Source: Fibrobacteria bacterium (GTDB lineage Bacteria; Fibrobacterota; Fibrobacteria; UBA5070). Taken from it: DNA of 64,000 nt. Under the pieces are notes generated by a model. The model did no database searches, had not been told where the DNA came from, and worked only from the letters and a program-made list of their open reading frames with translations. Location of the stretch: contig DAOPYN010000013.1 of assembly GCA_035352895.1 (NCBI GenBank), positions 6,361 through 70,360 of the forward strand. Reading direction: 5' to 3'. Shown here piece after piece: positions 31,208 through 40,892 of this stretch. Numbering within the stretch: the stretch's first letter is position 1; each line of letters opens with the position of its first letter. Position numbers and translations under genes: made by a program.

Positions 31208-31393
31208 ATGGCTTGGATCGTCCTGGGTGCACTGATCGTTTCGGCGGCCTTCTATCTGATGGTCCTTCGCCAGGTGTTGCGGTGCGAAGAGCGTCTGAGA
31301 GCCATGGTGGTCTCCACCGAGTCCGCCATGGCGCGCCGGTACAAGGCCAAGTTGGTCGCACCTCCCTCCCAGGACGAGGAGGGCGAGGAGTGA
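31208..31393 (+). CDS. Small single-TM membrane protein, hypothetical (61 aa)
   Basis: MAWIVLGALIVSAAFYLMVL TM segment with an acidic tail. Its stop overlaps the alr GTG (GTGA), suggesting co-translation. No recognisable family. Confidence 0.45.
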   Translation: MAWIVLGALIVSAAFYLMVLRQVLRCEERLRAMVVSTESAMARRYKAKLVAPPSQDEEGEE

Positions 31394-32487
31394 GCGCGTC
31401 GGGTAGCTGGGTGGAGGTCGATCGCGGGGCGCTTTCGCGCAACATCGCCATCATCCGCAAGCAGGTGGGCCGGCGGCTGGTCCTGGTCTTGGTGAAAGCG
31501 GATGGCTACGGGCACGGAGCGGTGGAGACCGCCAGGACCGTGCTGGAGGCGGGCGCCGATCGCGTGGGCGTGGCGAGACTCCACGAGGGGGGGCAACTGC
31601 GCCGATCCGGAGTGGAGGGACCGATCCATGTCCTGGAACCGTTCCACCCCGACGACCTTGCCGAGTACGGCAGGTTGGGACTTGTGGCCACGGTGTGCGA
31701 TCCGGATGCCGCGCAAGCCCTGTCCGACCACGGAACCGCCGGAGGAACACCCCTGACGGCGCACCTCAAGGTGGACACCGGCATGGCGCGACTTGGGTTG
31801 CACCACCAGCGGGATCTGGACCGGATCCGCTCCATCTTGTCGTTGCCGGGAGTCCATTGGGAGGGGATCTTCACCCATTTCGCCCGCTCCGACGACGATC
31901 CCGTCGCCACCGAGCTGCAGCTGGAGCGCTTCCTGGGGCTGCTGGCCGCGCTCGAAGCATCGGGCGTGCGCCCGCCCATCGCCCACGCGGCCAACTCGGC
32001 AGCCATCTTCCGGCATCCCGAGTCCTTCCTGGACATGGTCCGGCCCGGGATCGCGGTGTACGGCTACCCCCCGCCGGGCGCGGAGGATGCCGGGCTGGAG
32101 CCGGTCCTGCGCCTGCGTTCCACGGTGAGGCATCTGTCCTGGAAGGAGCCCGGTGAGGCGGTGAGCTACGGCGCCACCTGGGTCGCTTCGCGTCGCACTC
32201 GTCTGGCGGTGCTGCCTCTGGGATACGGGGACGGATTCTGGCGGGGCCATTCCAATCGGTTTTCCGTGGAGATCAACGGCACGATGTGTCCGCAGGTGGG
32301 GCGCATCTGCATGGACCTCATGATGGTCGACGTCACCGATGCGCCTTCGGTGGAGATCGGAGACGCCGCCTGGATCATCGGCAGCCGTCCCGAACTGTCC
32401 GCCGAGCGCCTGGCCCGGAACCTGGACACGATCGTCTACGAGGTCCTTTGCGATCTGGGGCGGCGGCTGGAGAGGGTGTTCGTCTAG
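31390..32487 (+). CDS. alr: Alanine racemase
   Basis: VLVKADGYGHG (PLP-lysine motif) and SYGATW...LPLGYGDG. GTG 31390 lies within track ORF 31213-32487. Confidence 0.92.
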   Translation: MSASGSWVEVDRGALSRNIAIIRKQVGRRLVLVLVKADGYGHGAVETARTVLEAGADRVGVARLHEGGQLRRSGVEGPIHVLEPFHPDDLAEYGRLGLVATVCDPDAAQALSDHGTAGGTPLTAHLKVDTGMARLGLHHQRDLDRIRSILSLPGVHWEGIFTHFARSDDDPVATELQLERFLGLLAALEASGVRPPIAHAANSAAIFRHPESFLDMVRPGIAVYGYPPPGAEDAGLEPVLRLRSTVRHLSWKEPGEAVSYGATWVASRRTRLAVLPLGYGDGFWRGHSNRFSVEINGTMCPQVGRICMDLMMVDVTDAPSVEIGDAAWIIGSRPELSAERLARNLDTIVYEVLCDLGRRLERVFV

Positions 32488-32643
32488 GATCCGGCTTCCG
32501 GCACGCGCAAGGGCGCAGGCGGGGAACGGAGGCGTTGGGGATCCGATCTCGCACGATTCAGCCCGTCCTGGGGGGGATCCACCTTCGAGCGGGACCAATC
32601 CATCGCGGCACGGCGCACGCCGATTTGGTAGATTGACCGCTCC

Positions 32644-33396
32644 ATGGTCCGTCTTCTTCTATTCACGGTCGCCGTCCTTTCCGCGACCACCTTCGCCCAG
32701 TCCTCCGACGAGGTCGCTCGCGAAATCCAGCGCCTCAAGACCCTGGTCGACGAGGAGAGACGGGGGATTTCCGCGGACTCCGCCCGCCATGCCGCCTGGC
32801 TGGCCCAGTCCAAGACCCGCCTCGCCTCGATGCGGCAGGATGCTTCGCGTCTGGCCACCGAGCGCGACAGCCTCCGCATGCTGGCCGAGCGAGAGAACCG
32901 CCCGAAGCCGCCCGCTCCACCACCCAAGACCAGCGCCGCGGTGCGCAAGGAAGCCTTGGCCGCATCCCTGGCCTTGGAGATCGAGAAGTCCCTGCCGCTT
33001 CTGTCCGGCGCCGACAGCCAGACGGTTGCCGAACGCTGGCAGGGGATGGTCAAGGGGCTGCGTACCGGTCGCCAGGCTCCCGACGAGGTCCTGGCGAGGT
33101 TTTTGGACGACCTGTCCGAACGTCTGGATCTGGCTTCTTCCATCCGCCTTCGCTCCGGATCGCGCACCGGCGCCGATGGCCGGACGCGCAAGGGGCATTG
33201 GATCGATCTTGGAACCTCCAGCCAGGCCTTCGTGGACCGCGAGGGAGTGGTGGCGGATTGGAGGCTTCCCGATGGCCGGTGGGTCTCCCTGGACCCCCAG
33301 GCGACGCGTGAATTGGCGCGTGCCGTGCACGTGATTTCCGGTGAAGGATCGCCTGCCTGGGTGAATCTGCCGGTCCGTGCGGAGGTGGGCAAATGA
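32644..33396 (+). CDS. Periplasmic coiled-coil protein, DUF3450/TtpB-like TonB-system accessory component
   Basis: Signal peptide MVRLLLFTVAVLSATTFAQS followed by a long coiled coil. First gene of a cluster coupled to exbB-like/exbD/tonB/TPR genes, the arrangement known for TonB2/Ttp systems. Confidence 0.6.
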   Translation: MVRLLLFTVAVLSATTFAQSSDEVAREIQRLKTLVDEERRGISADSARHAAWLAQSKTRLASMRQDASRLATERDSLRMLAERENRPKPPAPPPKTSAAVRKEALAASLALEIEKSLPLLSGADSQTVAERWQGMVKGLRTGRQAPDEVLARFLDDLSERLDLASSIRLRSGSRTGADGRTRKGHWIDLGTSSQAFVDREGVVADWRLPDGRWVSLDPQATRELARAVHVISGEGSPAWVNLPVRAEVGK

Positions 33397-34853
33397 TCCT
33401 CCTTGCCCTGTCCGTGCTGCTTGTCTCCGCGGATCCTCCGCCCGCCGCCGCCACCAAGACCCAGCGCACGGAATTGGCGCGGCTCCAGAAGCTCCGCGAC
33501 AGCCTGGTGGCCTTCCGCTGGGAGAAGCGCCGTCAGGATCTTGCCGAACGCGACATCCGGAGCGATGAATTCGTGCAGGTCCGCGACAGCTTGGAGGCGA
33601 TTCGCCAGGAGCGGTCCCAAGCCGACCTGGATTGGCGCCGGATCGCCCGGGACCAGGGTGGGCAGGCGCCCGTGATGGCTGTTTCCGATCCCACGGATCC
33701 CCTGGACGGGGTGCGCAGGGAATTGTCGGGTCGGCTGGAGGCCTTGCAGGAACGCGTTTCGCGCGGGATTCCCTGGAAGCTGGATGAACGTCGGGCCGCG
33801 GTCGATTCCGTCCGACGCCTGGTTTCCGAAGCCGGAGCGGTGGAAACCACGCTTCCCCGTGCGGTGGAGCTGTGGCGATCCGAATGGCGCCGGGCGGGAC
33901 GGATCGATTCCTCCCGTGGTCCGTTGCCGCGTCCGGAAGGCGAGGCCGCGACGGGAACGATGCTGGTCTGGGGTGCCCTGGGCGGATGGTACGCGTCTCA
34001 GGAAGGCGACATCCGCGGTGCCCTGGTGCGGTCGGGTCCAGGAGGCGCTTGGGAATGGCGCGAGGACCTTTCCGATTCGGCTCGCCGGATCTTGTCCGGT
34101 TCGGGTGCGCTCCTTCCCGTGGACCCCGGCGTGGGCAGCGCCGAAGGGGAAGGCTTCTTCCACGTGGTAAAGCCGTCTGGATGGAAGGCGACGCTCGCCG
34201 GATTGCTGGACTTCCGGCAGGGGCCGTTGCATCTGGCTGCGCTGTGGGCGGCCCGCGCCGTGATGGCCCTCCTCGTGTTCCTGTGCGGATTGGTGGTGTG
34301 GACCGGCTGGATCGCCCACCGTCGCCTGCGCCGCGAGGAACGCGATGCGGTGCGCTACGAGGAGGTCGTGGTTCCGGCCATGTCCACGGATTCCGGCGCC
34401 AAGGCCCTGGCGACCACGCTCCCGGACACCATGGCCGGGCGGCTCACCCGCATGGGATTGGGATCGCGCGAATTGTCTCCGGATGCGCTGGAGCAGGTGC
34501 TCACCGCGGCGGAATCCGCCGAACAGCGCAAGATGGAGCGGGGACTGTCCAGCCTCGGAACCATCGGATCCAACGCGCCGTTCATCGGGCTGTTCGGGAC
34601 GGTGTGCGGCATCCTGGATGCCTTCGCCGCCCTGGGCCAGGCCGGAGGAGGTCCGCAGGCGGTGATGACCGCCATCGCCGAGGCCCTGGTGGCCACCGCG
34701 GTGGGACTGTTCGTGGCCATTCCCGCCATCTGGGTGTACAACACCCTGCAGGCGCGCGCCATCGAACTGGGAGCCCGTGTTCGCGAGTTGCGCATCCTGA
34801 TGGTCGCCGCCTCCTTGGACGCGGCCTCGCGTTCGGGAGCCATGGGCAAGTAG
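33393..34853 (+). CDS. exbB: MotA/TolQ/ExbB proton-channel family protein with a long N-terminal periplasmic extension (TtpC-like)
   Basis: ATGA overlap with the upstream gene. C-terminal LGTIGSNAPFIGLFGTVCGILDAF...IAEALVATAVGLFVAIPA is the ExbB/TolQ channel signature. The N-terminal ~280 aa are extra. Confidence 0.85.
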   Translation: MILLALSVLLVSADPPPAAATKTQRTELARLQKLRDSLVAFRWEKRRQDLAERDIRSDEFVQVRDSLEAIRQERSQADLDWRRIARDQGGQAPVMAVSDPTDPLDGVRRELSGRLEALQERVSRGIPWKLDERRAAVDSVRRLVSEAGAVETTLPRAVELWRSEWRRAGRIDSSRGPLPRPEGEAATGTMLVWGALGGWYASQEGDIRGALVRSGPGGAWEWREDLSDSARRILSGSGALLPVDPGVGSAEGEGFFHVVKPSGWKATLAGLLDFRQGPLHLAALWAARAVMALLVFLCGLVVWTGWIAHRRLRREERDAVRYEEVVVPAMSTDSGAKALATTLPDTMAGRLTRMGLGSRELSPDALEQVLTAAESAEQRKMERGLSSLGTIGSNAPFIGLFGTVCGILDAFAALGQAGGGPQAVMTAIAEALVATAVGLFVAIPAIWVYNTLQARAIELGARVRELRILMVAASLDAASRSGAMGK

Positions 34854-35267
34854 ATGGCTGGCGAAGCGGGAGCACCCCGAAGGCCCATCGCGGCCATCAA
34901 CATGACTCCGCTGGTGGACATCATGCTGGTGCTCCTGATCATCTTCCTCCTGGTGACCCAGGCGGTGGATTCGGCCGCGGTGCCCATCCGCCTGCCTTCG
35001 GCATCCAAGGCCCAGAGTTCCGCGCCCACCTCGCTGTTGGTGTCGCTGGATCCCTCCGGCGTGGTGCGTTTGGATGGTCGGGCCTACGACCGACCGGGTT
35101 TGCGACGGATCCTGTCCGACCTGTCCCGGCGCGACACGGCCCTGCAGGTGGTGCTGGCGGCGGACGAACGTCTGCCGTACGCCAAGGTGATGGCCGTCCT
35201 GGACGATGTCCGGGGGGCCGGAGTGCGTCGCTACGCCCTCAAGGTCAAGGCAGGTCCGTCGCCATGA
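34854..35267 (+). CDS. exbD: Biopolymer transport protein ExbD/TolR
   Basis: INMTPLVDIMLVLLIIFLL TM segment, then the periplasmic domain (VVLAADERLPYAKVMAVLDDVRGAG). Confidence 0.9.
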   Translation: MAGEAGAPRRPIAAINMTPLVDIMLVLLIIFLLVTQAVDSAAVPIRLPSASKAQSSAPTSLLVSLDPSGVVRLDGRAYDRPGLRRILSDLSRRDTALQVVLAADERLPYAKVMAVLDDVRGAGVRRYALKVKAGPSP

Positions 35268-36049
35268 GCCGTCCGGTGCGGTCGCGCTCGCAATGGCGTC
35301 GACGACCGGAATGGGGGCGGTCCAGCCGGGTACCGGCGTTGTTGGTGCCGCATCCGTCGCGTCGCAAGCTTCCTTGGCTGCTTCCGCTGGTGGCCGTGCT
35401 GGCCGCCGCGGCATGGTGGTTCGCGCCAGCCCCCGCCTCCCAGGTGACCCCTCCCTCCCAGGGGAGGGTTTTGGACGCGGTGCCGGTGGATCTGCCCCAG
35501 CCCCCGCCGCAGGTGTCGCAGCCCCAGGAATTCACAACACCGCAGGCCACTCCCGTGGCGACCACCCAAGCCGTGGCCATGTCCGCTCCGGTGGCGGGTC
35601 TGGTGGATCCGGGTGCCGGTGGAGGAGCCGGGAATGCGCCGGGGTTGGATCTTGGCCTGGAAGGTGGCCCCGATGGGATGGCGGTGGCCGCTGGCGGTGG
35701 TGGCAAGGGAAAGGGAATCGGGACCGGGACGGGTGATGGCGTGGGCACCCAGCGCATGGTGTATCAGCAGGGGCAGGTGGACCAGGACGCGGGGGTTTCC
35801 AGCCTCCAGGACCCCTGCTATCCGCGACGCGCCAAGGAGGAAGGTGTCCAGGCCAGCGTGGAGCTGAGGATCCTGGTGGACGAGCGCGGACGGGTGGAAA
35901 AGCTGGAGATCTTCGGTGCTCCGCCAGGATACGGTTTCGAGGCCGCCATCCAGGCGGCCAGCCAGAATTGGCGCTTCAAGCCGGCTCAATTGGGCGGTGT
36001 TCCGGTGCCCCAATGGGTGCGCCTTCCCTACACCTTCCATCTGGAGTGA
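35264..36049 (+). CDS. tonB: TonB-family energy transducer
   Basis: ATGA overlap with exbD. N-terminal TM (LPWLLPLVAVLAAAAWW), P/Q-rich then Gly-rich linker, and a TonB C-terminal domain (YPRRAKEEGVQASVELRILVDERGRVEKLEI...FKPA). Confidence 0.85.
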   Translation: MSRPVRSRSQWRRRPEWGRSSRVPALLVPHPSRRKLPWLLPLVAVLAAAAWWFAPAPASQVTPPSQGRVLDAVPVDLPQPPPQVSQPQEFTTPQATPVATTQAVAMSAPVAGLVDPGAGGGAGNAPGLDLGLEGGPDGMAVAAGGGGKGKGIGTGTGDGVGTQRMVYQQGQVDQDAGVSSLQDPCYPRRAKEEGVQASVELRILVDERGRVEKLEIFGAPPGYGFEAAIQAASQNWRFKPAQLGGVPVPQWVRLPYTFHLE

Positions 36050-37017
36050 TGGGAATGGTCACCTTTTCCCTGGTGCTTTCGATGTGGGCGGGCGCGTCCT
36101 TGGACCTTTTCACCAAGGCCGGGATCGCCTACGACTCCGGCCGGATCGAGGAGGCGGCCCGCCTCTACCGGTTGGCGGGGCGTCGCGGCGAGCAACCTGC
36201 CATCGCCTGGTTCAATTACGGCAACTGCCAAGCCCGCCTCAAGCGTCGTGGAGAAGCCGCCGCCGCCTGGCGCAAGGCCCTGGAATGGGCGCCGCGTTTC
36301 AAGCGGGCCCGGCTGAATCTGGCCATCCTGTCGGAAGAGGATGGTCAGGTGGGGGTGGCCGTGGCCCAGTACGAACAGCTTTGGGAGTTGGATCCCAAGG
36401 ATCCGTTGCCCGCCGAGCGCCTGGCCGAGATCCGCTTGTCGCAGAACGACGCGATGGGTGGGATCGAATGGTTCTCCAAGGCACTCCAGGCCGACTCTAC
36501 CCGTGCCAGCTCCCACGAAGGCATGGTGCGTGCCCATCTCCAGGCGCGCGACACCCTGGCCGCGCGCCGCGCCTTGACGCGCTGGGCGCAACTGGGTGTG
36601 GACACCGCATCGGGTCCCTGGGTCACCCGGGCGGCCCTCTGGGAACGGACGGGGCAGTGGGAACAGGCCCGCACCAGCATCCAGCAGGCCCTGGCCCTGG
36701 ATTCCACGCGTGCCAGCTCCTGGATGCTCCTGGCGCGCATCCTGCAAAGGGATGGATCGGATGCCACCGCAGTGGTGGTGTTGCGGCAGGCCACCCGCGT
36801 CCTTCCCCGCGAAGGGCGCCTCTGGAAGGCGTTGGGGCAGGCGGCTTGGCGCGCCGAACAGGGCGAGGAAGCCTTCCGCGCCCTGGATACGGCCCTTTCC
36901 CTGGGGGAGGCGGGAGCATCGGACCTCCTGGAACGGTTGGCCATCTGGCACCAGATCCGCGGCGAGCTGGACCTGGCCAAGCGCGCCCGGGAACGGGTGA
37001 AATCATCCAAAGGTTAG
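36049..37017 (+). CDS. TPR-repeat protein (TtpD-like accessory component of the TonB cluster)
   Basis: TGATG overlap with tonB. Signal/TM at the N-terminus, then repeated A..Y/W..AL..P TPR-like helices. Confidence 0.7.
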   Translation: MGMVTFSLVLSMWAGASLDLFTKAGIAYDSGRIEEAARLYRLAGRRGEQPAIAWFNYGNCQARLKRRGEAAAAWRKALEWAPRFKRARLNLAILSEEDGQVGVAVAQYEQLWELDPKDPLPAERLAEIRLSQNDAMGGIEWFSKALQADSTRASSHEGMVRAHLQARDTLAARRALTRWAQLGVDTASGPWVTRAALWERTGQWEQARTSIQQALALDSTRASSWMLLARILQRDGSDATAVVVLRQATRVLPREGRLWKALGQAAWRAEQGEEAFRALDTALSLGEAGASDLLERLAIWHQIRGELDLAKRARERVKSSKG

Positions 37018-37140
37018 ACCAGGAGTCAGAGGCGGTTGGCGAGGTAAGGGCCGATATGAGGGCTGGAGGTGGAGGCATTTTCGAGTGTCCTGAAGTTGTT
37101 TCCCTCTGCGCCCCTTCTGCCCGGTTTTTGGCGGAACCCC

Positions 37141-37180
37141 TCGCAAGTTCTGATATTTCATGATATTATGATGATTCAGA
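37141..37180 (+). promoter_or_regulatory. AT-rich promoter/operator region upstream of gene 37206
   Basis: TCGCAA-N17-TATTAT (37141-37169), overlapped by the direct repeat TGATATT-N3-TGATATT (37151-37167) and then ATGATGATT. An AGGAGA RBS lies 6-7 nt before ATG 37206. Confidence 0.45.
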
Positions 37181-37205
37181 CTCACGGTTCCTCAGGAGAC
37201 TTTGC

Positions 37206-38117
37206 ATGCGTCACTGCCTGACTTCCGGACTTGCGACTCGGCTTGCCGCCGCGCTTGCCGTTCTCTGCGCCATTCCCACCCAGGTCCGCGCATGGGACGA
37301 GGACCGCGTCTCCAGCGAGATCCAGCCCTACTTCGGCATCTGGGCTGGAACGTACATGGTCAATACCGATGATCTGTACACGAACGTGGGCGACAAGGGA
37401 AAGACCGTCCTCGGGGATGATTTCTTCCTGGACGTCCTGCCTGCTGGCGGTGTGAGCTTGGGTGTGGCCTATTCCCGGTTGCATACCGGTCTCAACATCG
37501 GCTACCAGCTGATCGATGGCGCTTCCGGCAAGGACAAGGCACTGGCCAAGCTGGGCCTGTACTCCAAGTACCAGTACCAGGTGATTCCGGTGGACCTGTC
37601 CGTGGACGTGGCGATGTTCCCCAACGAATACCCGGTCAATCTGCTGTTGGGTGGCTCTTTTGGCGTGGGCCTCTTGGGGATCCGCAATCCATACACCACT
37701 TTGGGGCACATGGAAGGCACCGACACCGTGGTCACCTTCTACTACAACGACTGGACGTACTCCAACGCTCTTCTCGCCACCGGGTACATCGGTGCGCGCA
37801 TCAACCTGGGACGTCGCCTGAACCTGGAAGGACAATTGGGCTGGCGCGTGCTCCAGTCCGATGCCATGGAGCTGGGCGATGGCATGGTGACCGGACGTCT
37901 TTCGGAGATCAAGACCGACTCCGCCGGCAAGTCCACGATGTTCATCGAGCCGGCGCCGCTGGACCTCTCGGGTGCCTACTTCCGGGTGGATCTGCGCTGG
38001 ACCTTCGCCTCCCAGGTGGAGCGCGAGGCCGATCAGCGGACGGTTCTGCGTGCTCGCGAAGTGCGCGACGCCTTGGCTCTGGCCGCTCTCCGACCCTACC
38101 GCGTCAGCGCTCGCTGA
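37206..38117 (+). CDS. Secreted protein, outer-membrane beta-barrel-like, hypothetical
   Basis: Signal peptide (LAAALAVLCAIPTQVRA), then alternating-hydrophobicity strands with aromatic girdle residues (GVSLGVAY, LNIGYQL, GAYFRVDLRWTF). No family recognised. Confidence 0.55.
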   Translation: MRHCLTSGLATRLAAALAVLCAIPTQVRAWDEDRVSSEIQPYFGIWAGTYMVNTDDLYTNVGDKGKTVLGDDFFLDVLPAGGVSLGVAYSRLHTGLNIGYQLIDGASGKDKALAKLGLYSKYQYQVIPVDLSVDVAMFPNEYPVNLLLGGSFGVGLLGIRNPYTTLGHMEGTDTVVTFYYNDWTYSNALLATGYIGARINLGRRLNLEGQLGWRVLQSDAMELGDGMVTGRLSEIKTDSAGKSTMFIEPAPLDLSGAYFRVDLRWTFASQVEREADQRTVLRAREVRDALALAALRPYRVSAR

Positions 38118-38139
38118 GATTCTTTTTCAAGAACTTGTC

Positions 38140-38171
38140 CCCGGACCCTTTCGAGAGGGCCGGGGCTTTTT
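38140..38171 (+). terminator. Rho-independent terminator candidate after gene 37206-38117
   Basis: Imperfect hairpin CCCCGGACCCT-TTCGAG-AGGGCGGGG followed by CTTTTTAT. Confidence 0.5.
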
Positions 38172-38208
38172 ATATGTTGGTCTCCCTTTTTCCGAGGATC
38201 GTCGTCGC

Positions 38209-39231
38209 ATGAACTACGCCGAAGCCGGGGTATCCCTCGAGCGCTCCGACAAGGTAAAGAACAACATCGCCCAAGCCGTGAAGAGCACCTTCGGCCCCCG
38301 TGTCATGGGTGGATTCGGCGGATTCGGCGGTTGTTTCGATGCCCGCAACCTGGGCGTGTCGCCCGTGCTGGTTTCCAGCTGCGACGGCGTGGGCACCAAG
38401 CTCAAGCTCGCCTTCCAGTCGGGAATCCACAACACCGTGGGGCAGGACATCGTCAACCACTGCGTGGACGACATCCTGGTGCAGGGCGCCAAGCCCTTGT
38501 TCTTCCTGGACTACATCGCGACCGGGCGTCTTCAGGACGGGGTCGTGGAAAACATCGTCGACGGTCTGGCCAAGGCTTGCCGCGAGAACGGTGCTTCCCT
38601 GATCGGTGGGGAAACCGCCGAGATGCCTGGATTCTATCCGGACGGCGAATACGACTTGGCTGGCTACATCGTGGGCGTTGTGGAGCGCGAGAACCTCCTG
38701 GACGGCTCGCGGATCAAGGCCGGGAACGTCATCCTGGCCCTGGGTAGCGCTGGACTCCACACCAACGGGTATTCGTTGGCCCGCAAGGTGTTCTTCGACA
38801 AGGCCAAGCTTTCCCTGGACGCGCGGTTGGACGGTCTGAACGGATCGTTGCGCGAAGCCTTGATGGCTCCGCACCGCTCCTATCTCAAGGCGCTTCTTCC
38901 CCTGGTGGAAGAAAAGGCCGTCAACGGCATGGTGCACCTGACCGGCGGCGGTTTCCAGGGGAACATTCCCCGCGTGCTGCCCGCCGACTGCGACGCGGTG
39001 ATCGATCGTCGCAATTGGGAGGTTCCGGCCCTGTTCCGTCACATCGCCGATCTGGGTCAGATCGAGCGCGACGAGATGGATCGGACCTTCAACATGGGGC
39101 TGGGCATGCTCGTGGTGGTGGATGCCGAACGCGCCGACGAACTGCGTGCGCGCATGGTGGAATCGGGAGAGACCGTCCACGTGGTGGGCCACATCGCCAA
39201 GGGTTCCAACACCGTCCGTCTGCTGGGCTGA
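38209..39231 (+). CDS. purM: Phosphoribosylformylglycinamidine cyclo-ligase (AIR synthetase)
   Basis: MNYAEAGVSLE, SSCDGVGTKLKLA, LIGGETAEMPG, LHTNGYSLARK. Confidence 0.95.
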   Translation: MNYAEAGVSLERSDKVKNNIAQAVKSTFGPRVMGGFGGFGGCFDARNLGVSPVLVSSCDGVGTKLKLAFQSGIHNTVGQDIVNHCVDDILVQGAKPLFFLDYIATGRLQDGVVENIVDGLAKACRENGASLIGGETAEMPGFYPDGEYDLAGYIVGVVERENLLDGSRIKAGNVILALGSAGLHTNGYSLARKVFFDKAKLSLDARLDGLNGSLREALMAPHRSYLKALLPLVEEKAVNGMVHLTGGGFQGNIPRVLPADCDAVIDRRNWEVPALFRHIADLGQIERDEMDRTFNMGLGMLVVVDAERADELRARMVESGETVHVVGHIAKGSNTVRLLG

Positions 39232-39307
39232 GTTCGCGTCACCTCCCGGCTCCCTCGCCCGACGGGAGGGCTCCTGTCCATTGCCGGGCGAGGCCGAGGT
39301 CCATGCC

Positions 39308-40738
39308 ATGAAATTGCATTTCCACAACACTCTCGGGCGCAAGCTCCAGGAGTTCGAGCCTCTCCAGCCGGGGCGTGTGGGAATGTACTGTTGCGGGCCC
39401 ACGGTGTACCACTACGCGCACATCGGGAACCTCCGCACCTACGTCAACGAGGATTTCCTGCGCCGCGTCCTGGAATATGCGGGATACGAGGTGAACCACG
39501 TGGTGAACATCACCGACGTCGGACACCTCACATCGGATGCCGACGATGGCGACGACAAGATGGAGAAGGGTGCCGCCCGCGAGGGACGCACGGTCTGGGA
39601 GATCGCCGCCCACTACACCGAGGCGTTCCTTCGCGACTGGGAGCGTTTGAACCTGAAGGCTCCCACCCATTGGCCCAAGGCCACGGACTACATCGCCCAG
39701 CAGATCGACCTGGTGCGGGAGCTGGAGTCGCGCGGCTTCACCTACAGGACCGGCGAGGCGGTCTACTTCGATACCGCGAAGTTCCCCCGCTACGGGCATT
39801 TCGCGGGGATCAAGATGGACGATCTCCGGGCCGGTGCGCGGGTGGACCTGGGGGACAAGAAGAGTCCGACGGATTTCGCGCTGTGGAAGGTCTCTCCCAA
39901 GGACAAACGGCGGGCCATGGAGTGGGACAGTCCCTGGGGCGTGGGGTTCCCGGGATGGCACGTGGAGTGCAGCGCCATGTCCACGGCGCTGATCGGGAGG
40001 ACCTTGGACATCCACTGCGGCGGCACCGACCACATCCGCGTGCACCACACCAACGAGATCGCCCAGAGCGAGTGCGCCCACGACGGGGCCCCCTTCGCCC
40101 GCTTCTGGCTGCACAACGAATTCCTGAAGACCGAGGACTCCGACAAGATGTCCAAGTCCTCCGGCGAATTCCTCACCCTCCAGGTGCTGGTGGACCGCGG
40201 CTTCCACGCCCTGGACTACCGCTACTTCTGCGCCACGGCGCACTACCGGAAGTTCCTCACCTTCTCGTGGGGAAACCTGGAAGCCGCCCGCGAGGCGCAT
40301 CGCGCCTTCCGTCGCCGCACCGCCCCCCTGGTGGCCGCAGCGAAGGCCGCGGAGAAGACCGCCCCGATGCCGGACGTTGCCAGAACCTGGCAAGATCGTT
40401 TCGAGGAGGCGTTGGGACAGGATCTGAACATCCCCAAGGCGCTGGGAGTGGCGCAGACCCTGGCCCGCGAGACCGGACTGGCCGAAGCGATCCGGGGGGC
40501 GCTCCTCCTGGACTGGGACCGCGTGCTGGGTCTTTCCCTGGAAACGAACCTGCCGGAACCCGAAGGGGAGGCGGTGGACCAGGCCGAGGTGGCTCGCATC
40601 GAGGCTCTGGTGTCGGCGCGAACGGTGGCTCGCGAGTCCAAGAACTGGCCGGAGGCCGATCGGATCCGCAAGGAATTGGCCGATCTGAAGGTCGTGGTGA
40701 CCGACACTCCCGCGGGGCCGACCTGGAAGAAGGGGTGA
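39308..40738 (+). CDS. cysS: Cysteine--tRNA ligase
   Basis: MYCCGPTVYHYAHIGNLR (HIGH motif), FPGWHVECSAM (Zn site), KMSKSSGEF (KMSKS motif). Confidence 0.96.
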   Translation: MKLHFHNTLGRKLQEFEPLQPGRVGMYCCGPTVYHYAHIGNLRTYVNEDFLRRVLEYAGYEVNHVVNITDVGHLTSDADDGDDKMEKGAAREGRTVWEIAAHYTEAFLRDWERLNLKAPTHWPKATDYIAQQIDLVRELESRGFTYRTGEAVYFDTAKFPRYGHFAGIKMDDLRAGARVDLGDKKSPTDFALWKVSPKDKRRAMEWDSPWGVGFPGWHVECSAMSTALIGRTLDIHCGGTDHIRVHHTNEIAQSECAHDGAPFARFWLHNEFLKTEDSDKMSKSSGEFLTLQVLVDRGFHALDYRYFCATAHYRKFLTFSWGNLEAAREAHRAFRRRTAPLVAAAKAAEKTAPMPDVARTWQDRFEEALGQDLNIPKALGVAQTLARETGLAEAIRGALLLDWDRVLGLSLETNLPEPEGEAVDQAEVARIEALVSARTVARESKNWPEADRIRKELADLKVVVTDTPAGPTWKKG

Positions 40739-40892
40739 TCGGAGCGCTCCCGGCGGTGCGATCGCGGCGTTGGCGAGTATACTTCAGGAACAGATGGTTT
40801 TCGCGTCCCTCCGTCCTTCGATGTCCCTGCCGGGATCCTCGGGGCGAACGGAGTTCATCGACGCCCGTTTCGGTACGCAGAGGAGATGCAGC

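Noticed and set aside
37151-37176. Fur box upstream of gene 37206
   Set aside because: The match to the 19-bp GATAATGATAATCATTATC consensus is weak. It is kept only as an unspecified AT-rich operator/promoter candidate.
39232-39307. Hairpin between purM and cysS as a terminator or T-box-like leader
   Set aside because: The stem is only 5 bp plus a mismatch with no T tract, and the region is too short for a T-box. No conserved riboswitch features were seen.
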